Source of the DNA: Haplodiscus bocki
Lineage: Eukaryota
Length of the DNA stretch: 64,000 nt
Assembly (NCBI GenBank): GCA_965655095.1
Contig: OZ296653.1
Coordinates: forward strand, 6,510,001 to 6,574,000
Direction: 5' to 3'
Below the pieces are notes generated by a model. That model had not been told where the DNA came from and searched no databases. It saw only the letters and a program-made list of their open reading frames with translations. Each line of letters opens with the position of its first letter. Within the stretch, counting starts at the first letter, position 1. A program made the position numbers and the translations under genes. This document shows positions 1 through 12,782 of the stretch, in pieces.

Positions 1-242
1 CTTCCACTCATCGGTCGGGTATGTTACGTAACCGAATCACACTACCTCAGCCAAAAATAATTCAGAAATGAGCTAAAATCGCCTCAGTGAACAATTGGTT
101 AGTAGATCCGTCGGCCAGTTGATACTCAACCACTTTTGAAAACCCGAGACACTGATCACTATCTCCATTTTATACGGGATTTCATTCACGCAATTGCGTC
201 TTGCTCACACGAGTATCAAAGTAAGTAAAATTGCTTCAAATT

Positions 243-2514
243 GGTTACAGGACTTTTGCTACTAGTCCATTTGCTACTACGATATTTGCTACTACGTACA
301 TTGCTACTAGGTCATTTGCTACTAGGTACCATTTGCTACTGCGTAATCGTTGCTACTATAGTCCAAATGCTACTACGCACTCCAAAATTTTTAAAGGCCA
401 TACATGATCACAATCAATTTAAACATTTGCGTAAATTGATTAACAGCCTGCGGTACGCATATCAAAAGCAAAATAGTAAACAACATAAAACACCAGTAAA
501 CAATTCATCACCTTTACTCAATTGTCTACACGTAAGCAGAATGACTTACTCCATTTCAACAAATGCGTAACTTGATTGACAGTCGTTCTTTATTTCGAAC
601 ATGCAGTATGTGTTCCAAAAGCAGAGAAGTAAACATTATACTCCAGCAAACTTTTTTCGCACTCATAAAATTACTCATGCATCAATCAAAAAAACTTATA
701 CGTTGCACTGTTGCTACGATATTGAACCGCCTTTACAATGGCGTTTGTTGCCAAATGGGTACTGCTTGTGCCTGTGAAGTTTATGAAACGAGTTCGAACA
801 TTCCATTTGCCAGTTTTTCTAGGAAATCCGAAATATTCAATTCCAGGTTTACACAAATTCCAACTTCCTGGAGTTTGGAAAAATCGGGTTGCGCCGGGGA
901 AGGGTAGAAAAAACCCTTGACAATGCTCTGATCTAGGCACCAAAATTAGGGCTCTCAATTCGCAGTAGTTTTCGCGAAAATTGCTTTTTAAAAAAAATTC
1001 GAAAACACACCAGAATAAATTATGATCACTTGAATAACAAATCGTGTCAATCAATCACTGGAGATGAGCGATGCTCCTCAGGAGAGGAATGATATTTTAT
1101 TTTCTTTGTTTTCGTCATAGGAATTAATGAGAGTTTGAGCTCGGTCATTCAGCTGTTGATATTTTCTGCGCGGTTTCTTTTGGTTACCAGTCACAGCCTG
1201 CAGGGCATGAACTTATGGAGTAGAGCATCTTGGAAGAACTTCTGGAGGAAAATCCAAACGTCCGGATGACTGCCGCTAAAAAGCGACTGGATTCCATAAT
1301 GCCAGCCTTCAACTGCATTATTTGTCCTCGCTAGCCCTTCAGAAGCTGCAAACTTTTTTTGAAACTTCGTCAGATTTGAGTCTGAGAAGAATGTCGCCTT
1401 CCTCTTCCATTACTAAACTGAAACCGTCTTCAACCTGGTCCACTGGTACCCTCTTCAAGGCTAAGGCCAACTCTGGGGTTGTTGTGTAAGCTTTTTTCAA
1501 GCCGACTTCATTTATTTTGCGCAGAACGGATTGACAAAGATCAAAGTAACATCCAGTAATTTGTGCAAGTGGGAACGTTGTGGAAAACGCATTAACAGCC
1601 ACCTACTCGAAATCCATCATTAGTCTTTCAGGATTTGCATTTGGTATTAACTGTAGTAGGGCTTGGCTAAAATCATGGTACGTTTTTTCCGTTTTGTTTG
1701 GTAAGAGAGCGTATATACAGGGTGGGTTTTAACCGCCAATTGTAGCATGAATTGTGTACAATTGGTAAAACAAGTCCAGACATTGCTTGAACGTTCCGTC
1801 ACCAAGCCATAAGTCCTTTGCGGTTTCAAGCAAAAGAAGCGTCTCTGTCAAGGCAAATATGATGAATCTTTCGGGTTCATCTTTTCCTTTGTCGAAAGCA
1901 ACAAAATCCTTGAACTCTTCGGGAATTTGGAAATCTTTTCCATGGGGTATGTGCGGAAGAGTTGACGCGATGGCCACGTAGTTCGTTGTTGTTAGTGCCT
2001 TTTCTTTCATTTTGTTTTTGGCTGGTCTCGCTTCCGTTGCTCCTGGCTTAAAGTTGCAGATATGATCTTTGGGCGTTTTTATAATTTCACTTCCTGACGT
2101 TATTACTAAACTTCAACATTTAATTTGACGATAATGGCGGCAAATCCAATGTGTTGTTGTGTTCGTTTCTTGCTTTTTGACGTATTCATAACCTTCGTAT
2201 ATGAGAGTTGGGCGTCCTCGGTTGGAAGTTCCAAATTCAATATTCATTTCGATGAGCTAGTTGACAAGTGAGTGAAATCCAACCGATGTCTCACATATAT
2301 ATAGGGAATAGATGATTACTTAATTAAGAGATTAGCAAATTACGTTAATTATGCTAATTATGAAGCGGAAGTGCGTCAGTTTTAAATGTCTTAGTATATT
2401 ACTTGATAATAAGTAGTGGCAACCTAGTAATAGTAGCAAATAGACGAGTAGCAATTATCACCTAGTAGCAAACTGCCTAGTAGCATTTGTTCTAGTAGCA
2501 AACGTCCTGACACC
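243..2514 (-). mobile_element. Mutator/MULE DNA transposon (FLYWCH type), complete ends, decayed transposase
   Basis: Imperfect TIRs GGTTACAGGACTTTTGCTACTAG (from 243) and CTAGTAGCAAACGTCCTGACACC (to 2514), each with tandem TTGCTACTA/TAGTAGCAA subterminal repeats. Perfect 9-bp TSD CTTCAAATT at 234-242 and 2515-2523. Internal MULE transposase relic. Confidence 0.93.
1052..2247 (-). pseudogene. MULE transposase with N-terminal FLYWCH zinc finger, interrupted by stops and frameshifts
   Basis: ATG at 2247 gives MNIEFGTSNRGRPTLIYEGYEY...HWICRHYRQIKC*...HIC (FLYWCH). Then WLGDGTFK..FYQLYTIH, MDFE..AVNAFSTTFP..ITGCYF and RTNNAVEGWH, all typical MULE DDE-core and C-terminal motifs, spread over several frames. 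Confidence 0.9.
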
Positions 2515-2984
2515 CTTCAAATTGCCGCGCATTTTAATTGCAATTTTCCACTGCTTCAACAAGAGGCCACTGGAGATTCAGGATAATTTTACAAATCGCG
2601 ACAATTCCAGAGCTAATTTCGTTCAATTTTCAACTGCTTTCAGAAAAAGGAAAGTTTCCCAGATTTATTTCTCAAAATAAATGACCGCTGTTTGGATGAT
2701 GCGGGCTTCAATGAAACCAGATAAGAAAGTCCCGCAAAATCTTACGTATATTACTGACATTCGAGCGCAGGGAAAGAAATTTTCTATTTGAATTACTATG
2801 ATTCAAATCAAGAGAGTTAAAAATGAATTTGAGTTTCCAGTAGTCTGCATTGGAAGTTAAAAGAGTAATACATGCATGAACTGAACTTTTTTTAAATTGA
2901 AAGTTGAGACTCGCATGGATATACTTTATATGCAACAGAGCTAGTTTCTTCGGCACTCTAACTCCAGACAGGCATTTTCATTTT

Positions 2985-3364
2985 CCACTTCCGCCAATAT
3001 TTCAATATGCAAGGAAAATCATCCAATCCATGCAAGGAAAAGTGCGGTTTTTTTAAGGACACTTGCCAATTGCACTATTCTACGACTGCGGGAGATTCTA
3101 CCAAAAACGTTAAATTTTTGACTTTTCGACTTCGAAAAATTTAACCTACAAATTTTTACCAAATTTGCTGTGTAAATCCGGATACAAAGGCTATATTTTT
3201 TGAAACCGTCTTTTTCACCAAAATTTTGTGTTTTTCAAAAAATAAATTCTTCAATTGGGTAAAAAGTAGTAATATTGCTGTTGAAGGCAGAACTTTTCAT
3301 AAGAACCCATTTTAACAAAGTTGGAAGGCGGAAAATATCCCAGTGGTAGCCGCGCGTCTTGTTT
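2985..3364 (+). repeat. Dispersed repeat family A (HINE/Helentron-like non-autonomous element), copy 1
   Basis: Aligns by eye with 4405-4780, 46284-46805 and the reverse complement of 25870-26463. Ends GGCGGAAAATA-TCCCAGTGGTAGCCGCG-CGTCTTGTT. Confidence 0.75.
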
Positions 3365-4404
3365 ATTCTGTCTAAAAACAAAGACACCAAGGAACTTAGT
3401 ACTAGGATCGCTGCAACAGCTTTTCCAAGAACACAAATCTTGGGCGATTTTATTCTACCGCAAACCGCCCTTTTCATTCTACTACGGAAATTAATCATGC
3501 CGTTTTCGAAAAATCACTCTCAATTTTTCTGGTCCCCAAAGAGATGTCAAAACTAATCGGAGAGTGTCCAAACTTTTTTCGTGGGGCCACCCAATACAAC
3601 TTTGTACTGTTTGACCAAAAATTACCAAAAAAATGTATTACTTGAGATATTCATATTTCTCTAAACCTTCACAACTCCTTTTAATCCTTGATTAAACAAA
3701 AAAAATCGAATCTTGGAATGACGTTAATTTTGAAGATCGAGAATTGTGCTTCCTCGTACCGATAAGGCCGAAATTGAAGCTTTCTCGAAATGATGAGATA
3801 TAGGCCATGAAAAACGTTTTCGTGTTTTGGTAACGAAACCCCAAAAATGACTTTTGAATCTTTTCTTGCACGGAAACCTATGAAGTTTTCGGTGACGAAC
3901 AAAAAATGAGTATACATTATAACTTGTAAAGGCAAGACGACAAAAATGGACGAATTTGAAGTCTAGTGCGACGTTACAGCACTTCGAATACGACAAGATA
4001 ACTTAAGAACAGCAGCATTCTTTAGCGAAAACCCCATCGTAAATGTTTTTGAACACCAACCAAAACAAGTGCATGGCAGATTAGATTCTTTTTGTTACGG
4101 TCATTCAAAAGAAAGCATGTCGCCGGTACATGACAGCATTTCGAATATTTCACAAAATCGTCTTCGAATATGAAAATGTACATGACAGATCAAAGCGTTT
4201 CCACACAGAAAGGCTGCTCAAATCGATATTTGCATTTTTCAGTAGATTACAATGCTCAAGCCACAATATGAATACGATTTCAATAACTTTATACTTGGTA
4301 AATACGGTTTGCGTATCCTCCTCTCATTAACCATTTGCTAACGAAGACGTATGCATCAGAGCGGTCGGTCCTGTACTTCTTACTCTCGTCAGCAATGCTT
4401 CTCA

Positions 4405-4780
4405 TTATTTTCCGCCCATATTTACATATGGAAGCAAAATCATCCACTGCGTTTTTTCAAGTAAACTTGCCATTTGCACTATTCTACGACTTTCAGAGTT
4501 TCCACCAAAATAGTGCAATTCTCCACCTTTTGACATCGAAAATTTGATCCACCATTTTTTAGAACATTTGCTGCATACTGCGGATAAAAAGGTTATATTT
4601 CTTGAAAACGTCTTTTTCCTACCAAAATTAAGGGTTTTGAAAACTGTCAAATTTAAAATGGTTAAAAAGTAGCGATATTGCTGTGGAACGCTAATAGGAG
4701 GGTATTTTTTTGTTAAAAACGCATTTTTACTTTTTGTTGGAGGGCGGAAAATTTCCCGGTGGTAGGCGGAAGCATTGTTG
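4405..4780 (+). repeat. Dispersed repeat family A, copy 2
   Basis: 5' ATTTTCCGCCC and 3' GGGCGGAAAAT form a perfect subterminal inverted pair. Body is similar to 2985-3364 (CTTGCCA.TTGCACTATTCTACGACT; AAAAAGTAG..ATATTGCTGT). Confidence 0.8.
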
Positions 4781-5139
4781 GTTTTCAATTCGAGTAACTT
4801 TGTTTGAAATTAATGAGTTGCTCGAGTGGCATTTCACTCTCTCGGTACTTCTGTAACATTCAATTGCATTTCACTTCTAAATTTGTTTCTATTATGATCA
4901 CTATGACGTAAGTAAGCAACTTCTTTCTACAGCGAAATGACTGCAAAGTGCGAGGTAACCAACATTGCGCCCATCACAATTGTGACCAATTTGTTCAAGA
5001 GCAGCTTGATTGGTCACAAGGACAATTGCGAGCCCCAAGCTACTCTACAATAGTTTTGTTTAGTTTCTCCCAATATCACCTAGTTCTCACATAGTTTAGA
5101 TTAAATAAATTCAATTCGTATAAACTCAACTCCACTAAC

Positions 5140-5620
5140 CGGTGAGGACAGCGACGTCTTGTGTGGTGCTGACAGGGACTTCTTGCCGCTCACTGTCTTC
5201 ACCCACGTTCTGATGCTCGTCTCCTGTTCTTTCGTCTTCCTCTTGATTGCCTTCTGCTTCACCTTCTAATTCCAATTCTTCAACTTCTCCGTGAGAGTGT
5301 CTACTTCTTCCGCTCTTGGCCACTGCTTTCCTCTTCCGACTACTGCTACAGTTATTACAACTACTATCTAGGTTAGCTTTTGGGTTAGTAAGTTGATTGA
5401 GCGCCAGTCCACCTCCACCGACGCCAAGTGCACCTGCCCCAGAGGAGTGGGCTGCACCCGAACACGAAGCGGACTTGTCACAATCTGCGGCTGTTGATCG
5501 CTGTTCTAATTGGTCTCCTTCGGAAGACGCCACAAATGAGGAACCGTGATTGGTACTACTTGAAGTCGCCGTTGTTTTTCTACCAATATCTTGCGACGAG
5601 TCACCAATCTCTAAATTTAA
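5140..5620 (-). CDS. Internal exon of an unidentified gene; Ser/Gly/Glu-rich low-complexity segment with a basic NLS-like patch (RKRKAVAK)
   Basis: Open 160-codon frame with higher GC than its flanks. Acceptor tttttgtttcAG|TTA (phase 0) at 5621-5622 and donor ACC G|GTTAGT (phase 1) at 5139. Confidence 0.65.
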
Positions 5621-5749
5621 CTGAAACAAAAAACACGCCTGCTCAGACTTGTTTGATTATGAGCAAATTTGAAACGGCGCTATGAACACCTGATTTTGAA
5701 AATTAATTGGCAACCATTCAAACTGATGATAGGCGGCAGCATTCGAGAC

Positions 5750-7800
5750 AAATCTGGACGAAAATGAGATGCAACATGGGCAGAATACCATCAAATGTAA
5801 GGCACTAAAATGAACTGCAAGATGCCGAACCAACGGTACTCAGAAGTCTTAGCGTCAGATGCTGGGTTTCTGTTTTAGAAATGCAACTTGGAGCATTGTC
5901 TTGCTGATTAAAAGACCGTCTTATTTTTTTTGTACATGAATACTCGGTTTTGTAGAACTACTTAAACTCAACCTCCTTGCGCTTGCTGGCCTCGCTGTTA
6001 CTAAGGAAATTCAGAGATTTAGAATATACTTCAAAAATCAACTTGATTGGCTGAGAGCGTCATGATTGTTAACATGTACATTCAAAGGGATACACGAAGA
6101 ACACGAAAGAGTTGTCCGAGACCGAGATTTGAAAAAGGTATCAATTAATCATCCCTTGATTACTCAGATAGTTGATGAGGCGATGGTGAAAGAAGTTTTC
6201 ATCTGATGAAGCAAGTTCTTTACTGACATGAGATTTTCACTGCAGAACAGGACACAATAGTAATACGCTTTTTACTTCCAGCATAACTCATGTACACAAT
6301 TCGGGTACGCAGGCTCAACACTAGTTGTCGGTTTTGTGGAGGAAAGGTTACAACCAAAAGAATGTCTATGTTTGTTGAGAGTGCAAACAATGGGGAGTTG
6401 CCAACTTGTGAGAGTAATCCGTATGTGTGGGGCATCTTCACAGGAAACAAAAATGGAGTTTAAGGCACTTAAAATTTCGAAAGTTGTGATGCAGAACCAA
6501 CTTCCTTTCTTAATACATGTAGATAAAAGATCTCAAAAACTACTATAATAACAGTTGTGCAAGTATCAAACAGAAATCATTGTAAACTAGATAAAAATAG
6601 ATGAACTAGAAGAAACTTTTTCTTCGGCCATAATCTGTGATTTTCAGTTGTTGAGTATTACGTAAGTATGTGTATCGTTCCAATATTTGTAGTCACCAAT
6701 AGAAGTTCTTTCTTTTCTCACTCTACAGTAGATCTACTTTCAAAGCGCACTAAAGGAAGCGGGATGTCTACAGCTTGCAAGCCTTTATGAGAAAATATAG
6801 AGGAGAAGTAACAAGGTGCTATTGGCTTGCTCCGTTACATTTAGGGAGAAAAAATTATTTTCTTTTCGTGGTTTTAGGCTATAACTTCTCGGAAGCGACC
6901 AGCCTTAGACAACCGCCGTAATGAGGGAAGTCTGGGTTCTCTAAAATGATTTGGGTGTCCTCTTTGTTTGTTCTTCAGACACCGATTTCTTTGTGCTTTT
7001 GTTTTTAGGAAAATTAGGTCTGGTTAGCAAAAGCTATTGTATCTACGATACGTTGACATTAACTTCTTTAAATTTCAACTATAGTATGACAACTAAGAAC
7101 AATGAAACAAAATTTTGTGTTGTTTACGCTGAATGCAGCGATATAGTTAGGGTTCGATGAAGATCTTCAGACATGCTTAAAATAATCAAATAATCTGAGC
7201 TATCTTACGTGAACGTTCAGAAAATTACGGATGGGAAATAGGAACATAGTCACCAGGGTAATGAAGAAGGTGGCTACTTTGAGATGAATTCCCAAAATTC
7301 ATAAACCACAGATCTCATAATGTTTAAATTTGATGCTAAGGATTGTGTTCTTTTGAGTTACTTTCCACGAAAACAGGTCAGCTTGATAAGTAGTGTTATT
7401 GCAATTTCGACTTTGTTTGAGTGGTTAAACTTTCGTTGCCGCAAATATGGATTCTTATGAAGGCTCACAGGCAGAGGAGATCCAACAAGCCCCAGAATAA
7501 CTTGGAGAAACAATATGACTGAAGACAAGCTGCTGAGATGAAGAAAAGTAGAGGTATTTAAGAAATTGCAGTAGCTGTTTCTCGAGAGCCCAACGGACAC
7601 ATGGCAAATACTGGAACGTTCCTCTTAAAGATCAAGAGAGCAGTGAGATAAGAGTGGTGGCAACGTGTGTCATTGGTCAGAAAAATGGTCGAATAGAGGG
7701 CAATCGGATTACCGAAGGCAATGATCATTGGGAGACTAGAAGTAGCTGGAGACTGTCCTGTATCGAGTGTTTATTATCATATGATGGCAACAAGGCAGGT
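5750..7800 (+). mobile_element. Possible highly decayed Academ-like (XPG/PIN-domain) transposon relic
   Basis: Fragmentary motifs in the expected order: VCSSDTDFFVLL (~6965), VYAECSDIV (~7122), KAHRQR (~7460), RLSCIECL (~7750). Many stops; ends not identified. Confidence 0.3.
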
Positions 7801-10034
7801 AATGAGAGTGTGAGACAACGAGTTTCAAATGTTTACAATGTTTCAACATATGTTTTATAAGAATGTTTCAAAATAAGTTTACAGATAAAAACAACAGAGC
7901 TGGCACGGAATTTAAGAATCAGATAACCGATTGCAGGGTGGCGACAGTCAATTTTAAATGACGTCCATGACACTTCGGCAAAAAGCAGAGAAATTTGGAC
8001 AAATGCAATGATCAAATCAGTAGATCATGCAATTTCATACATACTCCATTTATAAACATCTTTACCGTATTTTGAGCTTCCGCATTTTTTTGTCCAGATT
8101 TTCCAAGGAATTATTTGTTCGGAAAACAGTTTCTAATTTCCGTTCAAAAGTAAAAGTGAAAATTGGAAATATTTTTGAAAATTCTACATGACATTAAAAT
8201 ATTTTCCCTGACACCTACATGGCGTCCATGACAACGCGGCCACCCTGGACTAGTAGTAGCAAGGGAAATGACGGGCGTTGCTTCAAAAATGAACTACATG
8301 GAACTAGGGATGAAACCAAATAAGTCGAAATCAATCAAGAAATTTTGATGTTCGTTAAGGAATATACCTGAACGGTGCAAGGTTAGGAAGATGATTTTTT
8401 CAGTGTATTAACTCCCACTCTCAAGTAAAGACGTGAGTCCACGAAGTCAGTAACTGATTAAGCGGACACGCGTGCTTCTGGAAATTGACTGATTAATTGA
8501 CAATGTTAAAGAAATGACTGCATAAAAGCTGGCAACATTTAAAAAGTTCATTGAACAGTTAAGAACATGTTTCAGAATGAAACTCCATCATCAGGTCTGA
8601 AATGACACAAAACCTTCCTGAAGATGACTAGCAACTAGCATCAAGCAAGTTCTTGGGCATGAAAGCGAGCCAATTAACACAGTGCATGATGATCGAATGC
8701 ACAGCGCGGGGTACCGTTGCCAGTACTCTTCTCTGGCCTGCACCGCAGAAAAGTGAAGTTTGACATCGGAGAATAACTTCTCATATTGAAACTGACGTTC
8801 CTGCAATTCATGCCAAAGTTTGCTCCTGCTTAATGTCGACAGAGCGAGTCATTGGTTTTTTCACATTTTGCAGATTACGAGAAGCGAAGTTTAAGCTGTT
8901 CCGACGTGCGAGGCCACATGTACAGTAGCTAGCGCTGAGTTTAGTTCTCGAACCTAAACTTTAATCTCACGATGGACAGCAAAAATATTCATAGTTCCTA
9001 TTATGGAGGAAAGCATACGTGCTATTATTCTGCCAAAACTTCCGTCGCCGCGGAGGACATCAAAGTTGTTCATGTAAACTATAAGTGCATTTTGTATTAT
9101 TAATTCGAATATTAACCTGTGAGGAGGGAAACGGTGTAGCTGATGAGCTTTGTTTGTGGAAAGTGGAATAGGCGGCAGAATAAGAATCAATTTGCTGGTT
9201 GCAGCTCTTGTCTTTTAGTCTTTGTTCCTCCTCTCCCTCCTTTTGAATATTATCCAGGGTGAATTATGCTGCAAAATGCAATAATTGTTAACAGCTCACC
9301 AACTCGTTGCTTTCCGATGCAGTTCCGTCAACCACATTTGCAATGAGAAGAGGGCTGGAACAACAGGACAACTAATGTGGAAGTAGACGGAGGCTTGTAA
9401 AGCTAGACGTAAATGGATGCTGTGATAATGGCACCGTCCCGTACAATCCAATCGTCAATTAGTTTGAGAAATTAAGTAAGCTATAAATTTTGCAATATTA
9501 ATAGCAGCAGGATAATTATACTGCACTGCAAACTCACACTACGGTGAATTTAGTAGCACCAATGGCGGCAAACAACAATCTTGCAGAATTTAATTTTTAA
9601 AAGGCGAGACTACGTACTACTCAGTGTTACATGATTTAACAAATTGTTCAACCAATTCGTCGCAAAGTCCAATGGTTAATCAAAATGTTTTCACAAATTT
9701 AGACCATTTCAAGGCTTGACTATCGAAGCATTAAAAGTCTAAAGTATCTATCCACCAAACGCTACGATTCCTGCCAGTTTTTTCAAATCAAACGCAACTC
9801 AACAAATTATGCTCGGCAGTGTCGTTTAAAACAAGTGCGCAAAATTGAATTGATAATTATCGAGAAAAGAATTTTGAATGTCGATCCTAGTCTACCAAAA
9901 GTTTTGATTTTTACTATCCGTCGTAAAATATTTCAAAAGGAAGATCATTCCCCCAGTATGTAAGCTTTTTTCTACGTGATTTGCCAATTCAGGCCTCGTC
10001 AACTGCGTCATTTTTGAAAAATATTCGTTCAACA

Positions 10035-10315
10035 TTCTTTTGGACAAAGAATGCAGTTGACAACCCTGCCAAAAGATTTTCGCTCAAAGTCCGAAAAAAT
10101 TCCACCAAATCTGAAAAAAAATCATTCCCCTGTACACGTAGAATGTAGTTTTGACGACCCTGACGAAACGAAAAATCTTAGCTGGGACCGAGAACTTTTT
10201 GCCCAAAGTTCGGAGTTTTTCAAAAATTTTTTTCTCCAAAATGTTCCTGTGGGCTGGATGAATGCAGTTTTGACCATGCCTATGATTTTTCCGTCAAGGT
10301 CCGAAAAATTTCGAT
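10035..10315 (+). repeat. Tandem ~90-120 bp satellite-like repeat (core GAATGCAGTTTTGACAACCCTGCC...TTTTCGCTCAAAGTCCGAAAAA), 3 units
   Basis: Core recurs at ~10049, ~10141 and ~10260. The same core occurs at 18570-18620 and inverted at 26160 and 26280. Confidence 0.8.
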
Positions 10316-12704
10316 AATTAATATTTTTTTTTCGAAATTCTTAATTTTATTCAAGTTTCTTTCCTAAAATGGAAGTGGAAGCTCTAATTTGTGCCACATC
10401 ACAGATAGATTGAGCCTCTCATTGGGCGGTCGATGAGCAAATCTGAAATGGTAGTCACTGCAAAAACAATCTTGAAAAGCGATCACAAGCTTTTTTTGGT
10501 ATTTTTGAACGGGTTGTGTTTCAAAAATGAATGTAACGGCGCCCATATCTGTTCCTTGAGATCTTCTTACATTGTATTTCGCATTTGATTAGGCTTGATG
10601 AACATAACGGCATAAGCAGTCATTGAAAAGAAGCATTATTGAAAACTCCGCAAAGTCGGCAAACGGTGACTGTGAGCAGTTAAAACCATTTGTCGGAAAA
10701 TAGCCCGCTAACATAGGAAACACCAAAAGAAGCAACTAATCTGGGAGTGGTCCTAAATGGTGGACAAAACTTCAGAAATTCTCAAATAATCAAAGAAAAA
10801 AATGTCTAGCAATTTTGACACCCCACCATTCATTATTAAGACGACCTCGTAACTCCGGCATATGTTGGGCCACCCCAACTGGCCCAAAAAGCGCAGAAAT
10901 TGATGTAAGCGATGGACAGAAAACTTGCTATTTTGATCAAAAATCACAGTGCAATTTGCTGGAACTAACACGTTTAATTAAACAAAATGTCCCCCAAGAT
11001 GCATTTTGGGGCGATTGACCAATCTTTTTGATTGAAATTTGTTTTTTGAAAACCCGAACTTCGGTTGAAAGAATTTTTTGTAACATCACTGTTCTTATTG
11101 AATTTTCCGGCCAATTTGTTACATTTTGGTTGACAAATAATTGAGGTCGGAAACTTGATATTCTGCTAATCGCGCAATTGGCAGAATGGTAATCATTGGT
11201 CCCTCACTTTTCGTCACATAATAACTCGGTCAGTTGAAAGTATTTACGTTGAGTAAACTCGCTGAAAAATTCTGTTCATTTTGGAAAGAGTCGAAACGCA
11301 AATGGTTGGGACCGCTAATAACAAACTACATAGGTCGAAACTTATTTGTGATTCTAAAAACTTCTTCATCCATCTGTATTGAAACAAATTCCCTCGGCAC
11401 CTCCAGATAAGCCGCCCTCTCCGCTTCGATATGCGTAGCCTCGCCTAGCACAGTGATACGAACCTGGTTGAATACTGACAGGTAAAAATTTCAAATTCTG
11501 TGGAATAATTACGTTGATTTTCAGACTGAAAGAAAGTTTCGACAATCACAAAATGGGACAGGGACAAAATTGAGGGAGTGAAATAACTAATGATCGTACG
11601 CAGATCTCATGTAAATAACCCTGAACGTTTAATGAATGATTTTTCCACTGACAAAATATAGGCGAAAAATAAGAACATTTTTGTTTTTCGCGCATCTGGG
11701 AGTTCAAATTCAAATTACATAAAATGGAACTTCAATGGCGATCAAGCCCGGAACGCTCAAGTAGGCGGTGCCCACAAAGGTTTATGATATTATAAGGGCG
11801 GTATCATAAAATTGGGTGTTACGTACATAGCAACACCAAAAATTAGCAAAAAAAATGTAATTATCTAGTCTCGAATTGTGTCTATGGCTCACAAACCTTT
11901 TTGTCCTTCTTTCTAGAGCTTTATTACTAAAATTTAAATAGTTTTGATTTTATTACAACATTTGGATCTTTCTTGTAAACAGAAAAGATTCAAACATTTT
12001 AATGAATCTTTTCAAAACATTTTGGACCCTTCAGCAGTAAAAAGTCACTGAATTAGTCGGTTTTTTACTGAAGTAAACCGGCTCTAAAATATAGGCACCC
12101 TCAAAATGGTCTAGCTAAAACAGTCGAAGATTTTCAAAGCTTGAACGGTTTCAAAAAGAGTCGTTGAAATGATTCAACAATGTAACACTGCTAAGTGCAA
12201 TAGATGGATTCTTGGTTGTAGATGGACAGTTGTTTGATAAATGAAAGTGATGTAACAAGTAATGAGAAGAAGGAAATCCAGTAGTTGTAATGCACACAAC
12301 CGTCTGGAGCTAGCGTAAGATAATCATGCAAGGTGTTCAATCGTTTCCATCATCAAGCCAGACAGAGCAATTTTTGGTGGCCCAATCAAATCAGAAGAGA
12401 CGCATATAAACTTCCCTCGATGGCTTGTAAAAATAATGAACAACTAAAAAAAGAAAGTAGAATGAGAAACGACGGATGACGAGAGTGTAATTCAGTTCTT
12501 TGGTGACTTCACTTCGGCGAGAAAGAAACGGATCAGCAAGACAGCAGAAATGAATGATTCAGTGGAATGAGTCGCTCGTTCTTCTTCAACAACTTCTCGG
12601 GGCAAATGCAACAAATTCCGAACCACGACCGACTATATACTACACACAATAGTTACGTATGTGGGGAAGACTACAAAACGACACTGCTCTATAGGCTACA
12701 GTAC

Positions 12705-12782
12705 CTTAATATCGAGGAGACAACCACTATACTTGGAACAGTGAACTAAATTTAGTTGCAGAATACATTTAGGAAGCAGCAT
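12705..12782 (-). CDS. Candidate first coding exon of the gene containing exon 5140-5620
   Basis: ATG at 12782 opens 26 codons (MLLPKCILQLNLVHCSKYSGCLLDIK) to an AAG|GTACTG phase-0 donor, compatible with the phase-0 acceptor at 5620. It sits in an apparently non-repetitive block (12200-14300). No homology support. Confidence 0.25.

Noticed and set aside
250-376. CRISPR-like spaced repeats (TTGCTACTA)
   Set aside because: Units are ~9 bp with short spacers, mirrored in inverted form at 2410-2505, and there are no cas genes. They are MULE TIR subrepeats, and ORF 241-570 is a by-product.
9135-9175. Hammerhead-like CTGATGA-GCTTT..AAAGT-GGAA
   Set aside because: The core GAAA is GGAA here, and stems I and III cannot be formed.
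8250-9450. Possible Gypsy pol relic (HIETDVPAIHAK)
   Set aside because: A single weak motif; no RT core or LTRs recognisable.
10380-11480. Decayed minus-strand coding-like tract
   Set aside because: Multiple stops and no recognisable family.
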